Assembly (NCBI GenBank): GCA_965203055.1
Contig: OZ241863.1
Coordinates: forward strand, 1,408,001-1,472,000
Direction: 5' to 3'
DNA: 64,000 nt
From: Spirochaetia bacterium
GTDB taxonomy: Bacteria; Spirochaetota; Spirochaetia; SZUA-6; Bin103
In this document: one piece after another, positions 33,901 to 44,522 of the stretch
How positions within the stretch are numbered: position 1 is the stretch's first letter
How the letters are laid out: each line of letters opens with the position of its first letter
Notes under the pieces: generated by a model
Told to the model about the DNA's origin: nothing
The model's database searches: none
What the model saw: only the letters and a program-made list of their open reading frames with translations
Program-made: the position numbers and the translations under genes

Positions 33901-36900
33901 CTGACGGTGACTGCGGCGGCCGGGACGAACGCAGTGGCGGGCGACTTCAGCCTGTCGAGCACGAAGACGTTGAGCATCGCCGCCGGGGCGACCAGCAGCA
34001 CCGGTACGGTGACGGTGACAGCGGTGGACAACGCGGTCGACGCGCCGGACAAGGAAGTGACGGTAACGGCGGCGGTGAGCGGGGACAGCGGAATAGCGGC
34101 CCCCGCGAGCGTGACGCTGACGATCGAGGACGATGAAGCAGCGCCGGGGGTGACGCTGGCGGTGGCGGACAGCGCGATCGCCGAGAACGGCGGGACGACA
34201 ACGGTGACCGCCACGCTGAGCCATGCGTCGAGCGCGGCGACGACGATCACGGTACAGCCGGTGACAGGCGCCTACACGGTGGAGACGGACGCGACGATCG
34301 AGATCGCAGCAGGAGAAACGGTGAACGCTGCGGACACGGTGACGATCACGGCCGTGAACGACGCGATCGACAACGTGGGCGACCGGTCGGTGACGGTGAG
34401 CGGAACGGCGCAGAACAGCCAGGGCGCCGGGACGGTGACGGGAGCGAGCCTCACCCTCACCGACGACGAGGCGACGCCGACGGCGACGCTGGCGCTGAGC
34501 GCTGAGACGATCGACGAGCACGACGGGACGAATCCGGGGAAGGCGACGGTGACGGCGAGTCTGGACCGAGCGTCGAGCGAGGCGGTGACGCTGACGGTGG
34601 CTGCGGCGGCGGGAACGAACGCGGCGGCGGGCGACTTCAGCCTGTCGAGCACGAAGACGTTGAGCATCGCCGCCGGAGCGACCAGCAGCACCGGCACGGT
34701 GACGGTGACGGCGGTCGATGACATGACGGACGCGCCGGACAAGGAAGTGACGGTAACGGCGGCGGTGAGCGGGGACAGCGGAATAGCGGCCCCGGCGGCG
34801 CAGACGCTGACGATCAAGGACGACGAAGCGGCGCCGGGGGTGACATTGGCGCTGGCCGACAGCGCGATCGCCGAGAACGGCGGAACGACGACGGTGACGG
34901 CGACGCTCTCGCATGCATCGAGCGCGGCGACGACGATCACGGTACAGCCGGTGACGGGCGCCTACACGGTCGGCGAGGACGCGACGATCACGATCGCGGC
35001 GGGAGAGACGGCGAACGCGTCGGACACGGTGACGATCACCGCCGTGAACGACGCGATCGACAACGTGGGCAACCGCACGGCGACGGTGAGCGGGACGGTG
35101 CAGAACAGCCAGGGCGTAGGAACGGTGACCGGAGCAAGCCTCAACCTCACGGACGACGAGGCGACGCCGACGGCGACGCTGGCGCTGAGCCCTGAGACGA
35201 TCGACGAGCACGACGGGACGAATCCGGGGAAGACGACGGTGACGGCGAGTCTGAACCGAGCGTCGAGCGAGGCGGTGACGCTGACGGTGGCTGCGGCGGC
35301 GGGGACGAACGCGGCGGCGGGCGACTTCAGCCTGTCGAGCACGAAGACGCTGAGCTTCGCCGCCGGAGCGACGACGAGCACCGGCACGGTGACGGTGACG
35401 GCGGTCGATGACACGACGGACGCGCCGGACAAGGAAGTGACGGTATCGGCGGCGATAAGCGGGGACAGCGGGATAGCGGCTCCGGCGAGCGTGACGCTGA
35501 CGATCGAGGACGACGAAGCGGCGCCTGGGGTGACGCTGGCGGTGGCCGACAGCGCGATCGCCGAGAACGGCGGAACGACGACGGTGACGGCGACGCTCTC
35601 GCATGCATCGAGCGCGGCGACGACGATCACGGTACAGCCGGTGACGGGCGCCTACACCGTGGGGTCAGACGCGACGATCGAGATCGCGGCGGGAGAGACG
35701 GCGAACGAGGCGGACAGCGTGACGATCACGACGGTGAACGACGCGATCAACAACCTCGGCGGCCCGACGGTGACGGTGGGCGGGACGGCGCAGAACAGCC
35801 ATGGCGTGCAGCCGGTGACGGGAGCGAGGCTCGCCCTCACGGGGAAGCTGTTGCTGGATCGTGAGACGGGCGGAGCGGCGCCTGGGGTGACGCTGGCGGT
35901 GGCGGACAGCGCGATCGCCGAGAACGGCGGGTCCACCACGGTGACCGCCACGCTCAGCCACGCATCGAGCGCGGCGACGACGATCACGGTGACGGCGGTG
36001 ACGGGTGCCTACACCGTGGGGTCAGACGCGACGATCGAGATCGCGGCGGGAGAGACGGCGAACGCGGCGGACACGGCGACGATCACGGCGGTGAACGACG
36101 CGATCGACAACGTGGGCAACCGGTCGGTAACGGTGAGCGGAACGGCGCAGAACAGTCAGGGCGTAGGAACCGTGACCGGAGCGAGCCTCACCCTCACGGA
36201 CGACGAGGGAGCGCCGACGGCGACGCTGGCGCTGAGCCCCGAGACGATCGACGAGCACGACGGGACGAATCCGGGGAAGGCGACGGTGACGGCGACGTTG
36301 AACCGGGCGTCGAGCGAGGCGGTGACGCTGACGGTGGCCGCAGCGGCCGGTACGAACGCAGTGGCGGACGACTTCACGCTGTCGAGCACGACGACGCTGA
36401 GCATCGCCGCCGGAGCGACGAGGAGCACCGGCACGGTGACGGTGACGGCGGTCGATGACACGACGGACGCGCCGGACAAGGAAGTGACGGTAACGGCAAC
36501 GGTGAGCGGGGACAGCGGGATAGCGGCCCCCGCGGCGCAGACGCTGACGATCGAAGACGACGAAGCGGCGCCCGGGGTGACGCTGGCGGTGGCCGACAGC
36601 GCGATCGACGAGAACGGCGGAACGACGACGGTGACCGCCACGCTGAGCCACGCATCGAGCGCGGCGACCACCATCACGGTGGCCGCGGTCGACGGCGCCT
36701 ACACGGTGGGGACGGACGCGACGATCGAGATCGCGGCAGGAGAGACGGCGAACGCGGCCGACACGGCGACGATCGCGGCGGTGGACGACGCGATCGACAA
36801 CACGGTCAACCGGTCGGCGACGGTGAGCGGGACGGCGCAGAACAGCCAGGGCGTGGGGACGGTGACCGGAGCGAGTCTCACCCTCACGGACGACGAGGGA

Positions 36901-39900
36901 GCGCCGATGGCGACGCTGGCGCTGAGCCCTGAGACGATCACCGAGCACGACGGGACCGATCCGGGGAAGGCGACCGTGACGGCGAGTCTGAACCGGGCGT
37001 CGAGCGAGGCGGTGACGCTGACGGTGGCCGCAGCGGCCGGTACGAACGCAGTGGCGGGCGACTTCACGCTGTCGAGCACGACGACGCTGAGCATCGCCGC
37101 CGGAGCGACCAGCAGCACCGGTGAGGTGACGGTGACGGCGGTGGACGACACGGTCGACGCGCCGGACAAGGAAGTGACGGTATCGGCGGCGGTGAGCGGG
37201 GACAGCGGGATAGCGGCCCCCGCAAGCGTGACGCTGACGATCGAGGACGACGAGGCGGCGCCTGGGGTGACGCTGGCGGTGGCCGACAGCGCGATCGACG
37301 AGAACGGCGGAACGACGACGGTGACCGCCACGCTGAGCCATGCATCGAGCGAGGCGACGACGATCACGGTGACGGCGGTCGACGGGGCCTACACGGTCGG
37401 GACCGACGCGACGATCGAGATCGCGGCAGGAGACACGGCGAACGCGGCGGACACGGCGGGGATCACGGCAGTGGCCGACGCGGAGAGCACCGGCGACCGC
37501 ACGGTGACGGTGACGGGAACGGCGCAGAACAGCCAGGGCGCGGGGGAGGTGACCGGAGCGGAGCTGACCCTCCGCGCTGGCGGCGGTGGCGGGGTGGCGG
37601 CGTTCGCGCTGAGCGGCTCGGTGGAGGATCAGGAGTGGACCGAGGGGCAGGCGATCACGCCGTTGACGCTGCCGGAAGCGACCGGCGGCGACGGAGCGGT
37701 GAGCTATGCGTTGACGCCGGAACTGCCGGGCGGCGTAAGCCGGGACGCAGCCAGCCGGGAGGTGAGCGGGACGCCGGAGGCGGCCCAGGCGGAGACCGAA
37801 TACACCTGGACCGCGACCGACGGCGGAGGCGCGACGGCCGACGTGACGTTCACCATCGAGGTGCTTGCCGGCGCGGTCCGGGACGAGCCGCCGGTGCCGC
37901 CGGTGGGGTCATCGCCGTCAGCGCCGGGACCGCCGGCCGTGGCGGTGAAGGTGTCGATCGGAGACGCGTCGATCATGGAAGGCGACGGGAGGCGGGTGGA
38001 TGCCGAGTTCACGGTGAAGCTGGACCAGGCCAGCGCGGTGCCGGTCACGGTGGGGTTTGCGACCCGGGACGACACGGCGACCGCCGGGGCCGACTACGCG
38101 CAGCGCGCGGGAACGGTGACGTTCGCGCCGGGAGAGACGGAACGGACGATAGCGGTGACGGTGCTGCCGGACACGACGGTGGAGGCGAACGAGGAGTTCA
38201 TGGTGATGCTCGCCGAACCGGAGGCTGCGGTGCTGGAACGGGGGATGGCGCGGGGGACGATCGGGGACAACGACGTGGCGTTGCTGGCGATCGACGACAC
38301 GCAGGTGAGGGAAGGGGACCGTGGCCGGACGGCAGCCTGGTTCGAGGTGCGGATGATCTCGAAGACGGAGCGGCCGGTGATGCTGCGCTACACGACGATG
38401 GACGGGACGGCGCGCGCCGGGGAGGACTACGAGGCGGCGAGCGAGGTGCTGGTGTTCGCGCCGGGAGAGGCGGCGAAGCGGGTATCGGTGACGGTGCTGG
38501 GAGACACGCAGCCGGAGGCGGACGAGACGTTCGGGGTGACGCTGCATGACGCCGAGCAGCGGGCGGCGAGTGGGGGACTGGCGGCCGAGGGAGTGATCGA
38601 AGACGACGACCAGGAGCGGATGCGGCGGGCGTTGCGGCGGGCGCACGCGGAGTTTGCGCGGGTGGTGGCGACCGACGCGGTGGCGGTGATCGGGGAGCGG
38701 TTTGCGGCCGGAGGCGCGGCGGAATCGCAGCTCACGCTGAACGGGCGGCGGCTGGAGCTGGCGGGGGCCGCGGCGGGCGGCGCGGAGCCGGCGGCAGGCG
38801 CGGCCGAGTGGACGCCGGCGTCCGAGGAGGCAGCGCTGAGTCAGGTGCCGCTGCGGGAGTTCCTGGTGGGGAGTTCCTTCGATCTGGTGGGGCGGGCGCC
38901 GTTGAGCGAGGCGGGAGCGGTCGCCGCCGTGGGCGGGGGCCCGGAATGGAGCGTGTGGAGCCGGGGAGCGCTGAGCCAGTACGGCGGGCAGAGCGCGGCG
39001 CCGGGCGCCAGTTGGAACGGGGGCGTATACGGCGGCTACCTGGGAGCGGACATCCGGGTGGCGGAGCCGCTGGTGCTGGGGTTGGCGGTGTCCCACAACG
39101 CCGGCGCGATGGAGTATCAGGAGAGCGTTGCCGACCGCGGCGACGAGTTCAAGGCGAAGGTGGAGACCTCGCTGACCAGCGTGCTGCCGTACGTCCACTG
39201 GAGGCCGCTGGAAGGCGTGAGCCTGTGGACGCTGGCGGGGGCCGGACTGGGCGGCAGCGGGGTCACCTGGGAAAGCACGCGGCTGGAAACGAGCAACACG
39301 CTGTGGCTGGGCGCGGCGGGGGCGCGGGTGTCGGTGGTGTCGTGGAACGGGTTGGACCTGGCGCTGGCGACCGACGGCTACTATGCGTCGCTGAGCGCGG
39401 AGTCGGAGGCCGCGAAGTGGCTGACGCAGGAGTTGGCGCCGGCTGGAGTGGGGCGGGTGCGGCTGCTGGCGGACGCGCGCTTCGACTGGCAGATGGCGGT
39501 CGATTCGCGGCTTGGGGTGAACCTGGAGGTGGGCGGTCGGTGGGACGCCGGGGCCGCGGCGCAGGGGTTCGGAGCGGAGCTGGGGGGAGGATTGGAGTAT
39601 GGGTACACCGCGCTGGGGTTGGGAGTGCGGGCGCACGGACGGTATTTGCTGGCGCATCAGGAGCGGGAGTTTCAGGACTGGGGAGCGAGCGCGGGGCTGA
39701 GTTTCGATCCGGGGGCGCCGGGCCGCGGGCTGGCGCTGGCGGTGGCGCCGGCGTGGGGAGCGCCGGGCAGCCGGACGGAAGGAGTGTGGAGCGCGGCGCC
39801 GCTGGCGGCGGAGAGCGGCGGCGGGGCGGCGCGAGACGGCGCGGGGCTGCGCCCGGACCGGCTGGACGCGGAGCTGAGCTACGGGATGGAGATGCCTGGG

Positions 39901-40083
39901 GCGGCGGGGCTGGTGACGCTCTACGGCGGGCTGACGCAGGGGCAGCCGGACAGCGCCGGCTACCGGGTGGGCAGCCGTCTGGAGTTGGGCGGGCTGAGTA
40001 TGGATCTGGCGCTGGACCGGCAGGAGAACCCCGGCGCCGACCCGGCCCACGGCCTCAGGCTGGAGGGCCAATTGCACTGGTGA
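21969..40083 (+). CDS. Giant (~6000 aa) autotransporter-like surface adhesin, frameshifted at a G18 tract in the signal-peptide region (continuous ORF 22114-40083)
   Basis: Signal peptide AAAAALVALLSLAPPAAA-Q lies in the ORF frame but has no start codon; ATGs at 21936 and 21969 are one base out of frame. Contains putative-Ig, Calx-beta and 230-aa repeats, and a C-terminal beta-barrel ending LEGQLHW. Confidence 0.85.
21985..22002 (+). repeat. Poly-G homopolymer (G18), candidate slipped-strand switch
   Basis: 18 consecutive G, beginning in the sixth codon from ATG 21969. Confidence 0.9.
30691..37575 (+). repeat. 690-bp (230-aa) tandem repeat array in the adhesin stalk
   Basis: Units start at 30691, 31381, 32071, 32761, 33451, 34141 and 34831; a half unit at 35521; then 35878, 36568 and a final half unit at 37258. 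Confidence 0.92.
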
Positions 40084-40135
40084 GCGTGAACGGAGGATGG
40101 CGCCAGCGCCGGACGCGGCCTGCTGCTGGCGGAGG

Positions 40136-40975
40136 CTAGCGCTGGCGGGCCGCCAGGATGATCCAGGTAAGCGTTTCGACGCCGCTTCCGGGCGCGGTGC
40201 CTACCCCGCCGGCCACCGGCACGGCCGGCCCCAGCAATTCGGCCGCGCCGGAAACCGGGTTCACGCTGAAGAATGCCAGCTCGCTGCCGCCGCCCGGCTC
40301 CGGCGCGGCGGCGCGCACCGCCAGCCGTTGGCCGGCATGCGCCCCGAACGGACGCAACGCCCACATCGCCAGCGGGCGATAGGGGGCTTCGTCGACCGCC
40401 AGCCGATAGTCGGGCCAGCCCGCCGGCGGGACGCGCGCGCCGCCGATGGCGCCGCCGTCTCGTTCCAGCAGGTTCAGGTCTACGGGGGTGGACGGAATCA
40501 GGCTGAGCCCGGCGAAGCGAACCGGCCGCGCGCCGTCCCATTCCGGCACCGACACCGCGTCCTGAAGCTGGATCGGCTCTGTCAGTTCCTGGTCGCCGGC
40601 CGTCAGCTCCACCGCAAACACCACCGAGGTCAGCGCGCGCTCCGCAACCGAGTCGCCGCGCACGTCGAGGGCGTAGCGTTCAACCGGCAATTGCTCGTAG
40701 GCGAAGCGGCCTCGGCCATCGGTCCGCGCCGGCCAGCAGGCGCTGGCGCACATCGCCACCGCCACGTTCGCCAGCGGCGCCCCGCCGGCATCGACCACCG
40801 TTCCGCCGAACCGCGCCTGTTCCCCGCCGGCCGGCAGGGCGAACGCGGTCGCCGGAGCCTGATCCGCGCCGGCGCCGCGCGGTCCGCCATTGCAGGCGGC
40901 CCCGGCCAGCGCCGCCAACATGACCAGACCCAGCCGCCGCGGAATGGCGCCGCGGCCGGGGGGCGGCGGGATCAC
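40136..40975 (-). CDS. Putative lipoprotein with carboxypeptidase-regulatory-like (prealbumin-fold) domain
   Basis: LAALAGAAC lipobox; GTVVDAGGAPLANVAV...TDGRGRF pattern. Confidence 0.65.
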   Translation of the reverse strand: MIPPPPGRGAIPRRLGLVMLAALAGAACNGGPRGAGADQAPATAFALPAGGEQARFGGTVVDAGGAPLANVAVAMCASACWPARTDGRGRFAYEQLPVERYALDVRGDSVAERALTSVVFAVELTAGDQELTEPIQLQDAVSVPEWDGARPVRFAGLSLIPSTPVDLNLLERDGGAIGGARVPPAGWPDYRLAVDEAPYRPLAMWALRPFGAHAGQRLAVRAAAPEPGGGSELAFFSVNPVSGAAELLGPAVPVAGGVGTAPGSGVETLTWIILAARQR

Positions 40976-41802
40976 CCCGGCGGCGCCTGCGCGGCGGCCA
41001 GGATGCGCAGGTCAGCGCGCTGCTGCACGTAACCGATGATCGAACTCGCGGCGCGTACGACTCCCTCCGGGAGGTCGATCCGCACCTGCCCGGAGTGGGC
41101 CGCGGCGTCTCCCAGAGCCACCGTCGCGAAGCCCCGCACCGCGTTGTGGTGGCGCAAGGTACGCCCGCGGTTCTCGCCCCGCGGCACGAAGTTCTCGAGG
41201 CCGGTCTCCACCGCGACCACGGTCAGGACGCAACCGGCCGGCGCGTCCGTGACCTGGTAGTCCACCCGTACCGAACGTTCGTCATGCGCCGGCCGGGCGA
41301 GTGCGAGGGCCGGGCGGCGCGCATCCGGCGGCGGCGGAGGGCCGACCGCGGCAAGGGCGGCGGCGCGCACCAAGGCGTAGTCCTGGGCCGGACGCACGAC
41401 CTCGCGTCCGTTGACGACCATCTGCGGCGTGTAGATGCGGCTGCCCAGAGCGCGGCCGTAGCTGCGCTGCCGGCGCTCGGCCTCCGGGAGGGCGTAGGGA
41501 TCGGGCCAGCCGAGATAGTCCCAGTAGTCTACGTGCCATTCGATCGGAAACACCGGCAGGCCGCCGGTCTGTTCTCCGAGCCGCGCCAGGCTCAGTTCGG
41601 CCTGCGGGCAGCTATTGCAGCCCTGGGAGGTGAACAACTCCACCACGGCGAAGGAGGTCTCCTCGGCGGCGGCGGCCGGCGCCGCCTGTTCCGGCCCCGG
41701 GCCGGCGCCGGCCGCGGCCGGCAGCCACCAGGAGGCCAGCACGGCCGCCAGCAGGCCGGCCGGCAGACGCCCGCGCCGCGGAGCTGGTGATCTTGCCGCC
41801 AT
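40972..41802 (-). CDS. DUF1223 secreted thioredoxin-like protein
   Basis: VVELFTSQGCNSCPQA, HVDYWDYLGWPDPY, YTPQMVVNG and RGENRGRTLRH. Confidence 0.88.
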   Translation of the reverse strand: MAARSPAPRRGRLPAGLLAAVLASWWLPAAAGAGPGPEQAAPAAAAEETSFAVVELFTSQGCNSCPQAELSLARLGEQTGGLPVFPIEWHVDYWDYLGWPDPYALPEAERRQRSYGRALGSRIYTPQMVVNGREVVRPAQDYALVRAAALAAVGPPPPPDARRPALALARPAHDERSVRVDYQVTDAPAGCVLTVVAVETGLENFVPRGENRGRTLRHHNAVRGFATVALGDAAAHSGQVRIDLPEGVVRAASSIIGYVQQRADLRILAAAQAPPG

Positions 41803-41840
41803 ATGCACAACTGTCAAGCTACGGTACCGGCGGCGCGCGG

Positions 41841-42911
41841 TCAATGATGATCGATCACGATCTCGCCGCGTTGCTGAAGGTTGCGCATGAGCGCGGCGAT
41901 CCGCCGCTGCGCCGCTTCCACTTCGCCGAGGCGGATTGCGCCCAGGCGCTCCATGGCATCCCGCAACAGCGCAGCCCCCCGCTTGGACATGTTGCGCAGC
42001 ACCCGGTCCAGGATCTCGGCATCTACCGCCTTCAGCGCGGCCGCCAGCTCCTGGCGGCTCACCTCGCGCAGCACCGCCCGCAAGGCCCGGTCGTCGAGCA
42101 GCAGCAAGTCCTCGAACGCGAACAGCCGCTGCTTGATCTCCTGCGCGAGTTCGGGATCTTCCTGCTCCAGCGCGTCGATGACGGTCTGTTCGCTGGCGCG
42201 ATCCATGAGATGGAAGATCTTCAGCGCAGTGTCGATGCCGCCGGCAGCCGCCGCCTCCGCCCTGGCCGAGGAGCCGGCCGCCCGCGCCAGTTTGTGCTGC
42301 AGCGCGCGTTCCACCTCGCGCACCACCTCCGGCGCCGCACGATCCAGGGTAGCAATGCGCCGCGCCACCTCGCCCTGCATGGCGTAGGGCAGGCGCGCCA
42401 GGAGCAGCGCGGCGACGCCGGGCTCCAGACAGGTCAGGACCAGGGCGACGGTCTGCGGGTGTTCTTCGCGCAGGAACGACACGACCTGCGCCGGGTCGGT
42501 GCGGCGCATGAAGCCGAAGGGGCGCGGGCGCAAGAGGCCGGCGACGCGGCTGACGACCGCTTCCGCCTGGTCGGCGCCGAGCGACCGTTCCAGAACCCCG
42601 CGCGCATAGTCGATGCCGCCGCCGGGCGCAGCGCCGCGCGCCAGCATCAGCTCCTGAAAATCCGCCAGCGTGCGAACCTGATCCTCCGGCGCCACCGCGC
42701 CCAACTGCGCGAGCTCCAGGGAAAGGTGCTCTATCTCTTCTTCATTGAGGTATTTGAAGATGTCCGAGGCAAGCTCGGAACCGAGCAGTACCAGAAGGAC
42801 CGCGGCCTTCCGGCTGCCGTCGAGGCGCCCGCCTTCGCCCGGCTCGTGATGCCCGGTGAGGTAGTCCCGGCGGGCCGTGTCGACCGGCTCGCCGCCGCCC
42901 GCCGTCGTCAT
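41841..42911 (-). CDS. fliG: Flagellar motor switch protein FliG (stand-alone copy)
   Basis: KAAVLLVLLG, GGIDYAR, EHPQTVALVL, GGIDTA, FAFEDL and NMSKRGA...VEAAQRRI. Confidence 0.92.
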   Translation of the reverse strand: MTTAGGGEPVDTARRDYLTGHHEPGEGGRLDGSRKAAVLLVLLGSELASDIFKYLNEEEIEHLSLELAQLGAVAPEDQVRTLADFQELMLARGAAPGGGIDYARGVLERSLGADQAEAVVSRVAGLLRPRPFGFMRRTDPAQVVSFLREEHPQTVALVLTCLEPGVAALLLARLPYAMQGEVARRIATLDRAAPEVVREVERALQHKLARAAGSSARAEAAAAGGIDTALKIFHLMDRASEQTVIDALEQEDPELAQEIKQRLFAFEDLLLLDDRALRAVLREVSRQELAAALKAVDAEILDRVLRNMSKRGAALLRDAMERLGAIRLGEVEAAQRRIAALMRNLQQRGEIVIDHH

Positions 42912-43063
42912 ACGAGGCTCTCCTCCGCCGCCGGCGCCCGCGGGTCAGGTGGCAGGCGGCGCGGCGATGGTATACTGAGAAATCCGCCCCGGCAACCGGT
43001 AGTGCGGCGCCGGGGACGCGGGGCGGCGAGCCGGGAATACCTGACTTGCGATCTACCGGCGGT

Positions 43064-43330
43064 CTACCAACGCGAACGGTCTTCCCGCGGCCGCGCTTCG
43101 GCTACGGTAATCCGGCGGCCATCGAGATCGGTCTCGTTCAACGCGTTGACGGCCGCCGCCGCTTCCGCCGGTGAGCTCATCTCCACGAATCCGAACCCGC
43201 GCGACTGGCCGGTGAACTTGTCGGTAACCACGCGCGCCGACTCGACGGTTCCGTGAGCGGCGAAGACTTCTTCCAGACGATCATCCGTGACCGCGTAGGG
43301 GAGGCCGCCGACGAACAGCTTCTTGTTCAT
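43064..43330 (-). CDS. RRM (RNP-1) RNA-binding protein
   Basis: KLFVGGLPY (RNP2) and RGFGFVEM (RNP1); AGGAG-type SD upstream. Confidence 0.95.
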   Translation of the reverse strand: MNKKLFVGGLPYAVTDDRLEEVFAAHGTVESARVVTDKFTGQSRGFGFVEMSSPAEAAAAVNALNETDLDGRRITVAEARPREDRSRW

Positions 43331-43684
43331 GTCCTTCTTCTCCTGAGTTCACTTCAGCCTTGCACCTTATATTCATTGCATACCGCGACAACGGGTGGCA
43401 GTCAGTCTTGAATGACGGCAGGGTATGTCGACCAAACAGGTACTGCGTCTCCGTGCCCCGCAGGGGGCGCGCGACCGTGCGGTGGGAGGGAGTGAACTAT
43501 CCTTGCCGCCTAAGCATAGGCCGTTTTGCGCCCGCGGTCAACTGCCGTTTACGCAGTAATTCCGCGCTATCGGCGGCCGCGCCCGCGCCGCGCGCCGGCC
43601 GGGAGCCGCCGGCAGCGGTGCGGCGGGTGCGGTGTTCCGGGTGTTGACGAGGCGGCGCAAGGCGGTGCACCGTACCGTCAGTCG

Positions 43685-43758
43685 GGGCGGTTAGCTCAGT
43701 TGGCTAGAGCACTAGCTCGACACGCTAGGGGTCACTGGTTCGAGTCCAGTACCGCCCA
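43685..43758 (+). tRNA. tRNA-Val (GAC)
   Basis: Acceptor GGGCGGT/ACCGCCC, D-arm GCTC/GAGC, anticodon arm CTAGC-TCGACAC-GCTAG and T-arm ACTGG-TTCGAGT-CCAGT. CCA is not encoded. Confidence 0.93.
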
Positions 43759-43793
43759 TGATCGATCCTGGAAGCAATACGCAAACGTCATCC

Positions 43794-44522
43794 ATGCAAG
43801 ATAGTTCGCTGCTGGCACCGCGCGGCGGGGAGGGTCACCGCGGGCGCGGCCAGAGACCGCGCTCCGCTCGGCCGCGCGGCTTGGCGCTGTCCAAGGAAGC
43901 CATCAACGCCCTCCCGCTCGGCGGATTCACCGGCCGCATCGAGGTAGTCGAATCCGCCGCCGCGGCGGGCGCCTGCGCGGCGCTGTATGCCGGCGCCGCG
44001 CTTGGCGGCGGGCGCGTGCTCGGCTTCGACACCGAATCCCGCCCGGCGTTTCGGCGCGGCGAGCGCCACCCGATCGCCCTGGTGCAACTGGCAACGGCGG
44101 AGCTGGCGTGCCTGTTCCGCATCGATCCGCAGGCGGGGCCGGCCGCGGCGCTGCGCGAGCTCCTGGAAGATGGGGCGGTGGTCAAGGTAGCGCAGGGCCC
44201 GGCCGACGAGCTGCGGGAGCTGCGCGAACGTTGGGGCATTGCGGCGCAGCCGGTGGCGGACCTGATTCCCGCGGCCCGCGCCGCCGGCTGCGCTCCCCTG
44301 AGCCTGCGCGGCCTGGCGGCGGCCTACCTGGGGATTCGCATCTCGAAGGGGGCGCAGACTTCCAATTGGGCGGCGCCGCGCCTGAGCGAGCGGCAGCAGC
44401 GCTACGCCGCGACCGATGCCTGGGCCTGCCGGGAGATCTACCGGGTCATGGGACGCTCCGCCGCCGCGGCGCCGCCGCTCCCGGGCGGCGCAACGGCGCC
44501 GCGCCGAGGAGCCGGACTATGA
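43794..44522 (+). CDS. 3'-5' exonuclease (DEDDy, WRN/RNase D-like)
   Basis: LGFDTESRP, LVQLAT, SLRGLAA and SNW...LSERQQRYAATDAW. Start codon uncertain. Confidence 0.88.
   Translation: MQDSSLLAPRGGEGHRGRGQRPRSARPRGLALSKEAINALPLGGFTGRIEVVESAAAAGACAALYAGAALGGGRVLGFDTESRPAFRRGERHPIALVQLATAELACLFRIDPQAGPAAALRELLEDGAVVKVAQGPADELRELRERWGIAAQPVADLIPAARAAGCAPLSLRGLAAAYLGIRISKGAQTSNWAAPRLSERQQRYAATDAWACREIYRVMGRSAAAAPPLPGGATAPRRGAGL

Noticed and set aside
30691..37575. Regular repeats as a CRISPR array or DGR template/variable pair
   Set aside because: The units are 690-bp in-frame coding repeats with no spacers, no adenine-specific mismatch pattern, and no cas or reverse transcriptase gene in the window.
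43331..43560. AT-richer region upstream of the RRM gene as a riboswitch or ncRNA
   Set aside because: No recognisable aptamer motif by eye; it is probably a 5' UTR and promoter region. An Rfam scan would be needed.
43685..43800. tRNA-Val as an integration site
   Set aside because: No integrase and no duplicated tRNA 3' end were seen, and the flanking genes look like core genes.
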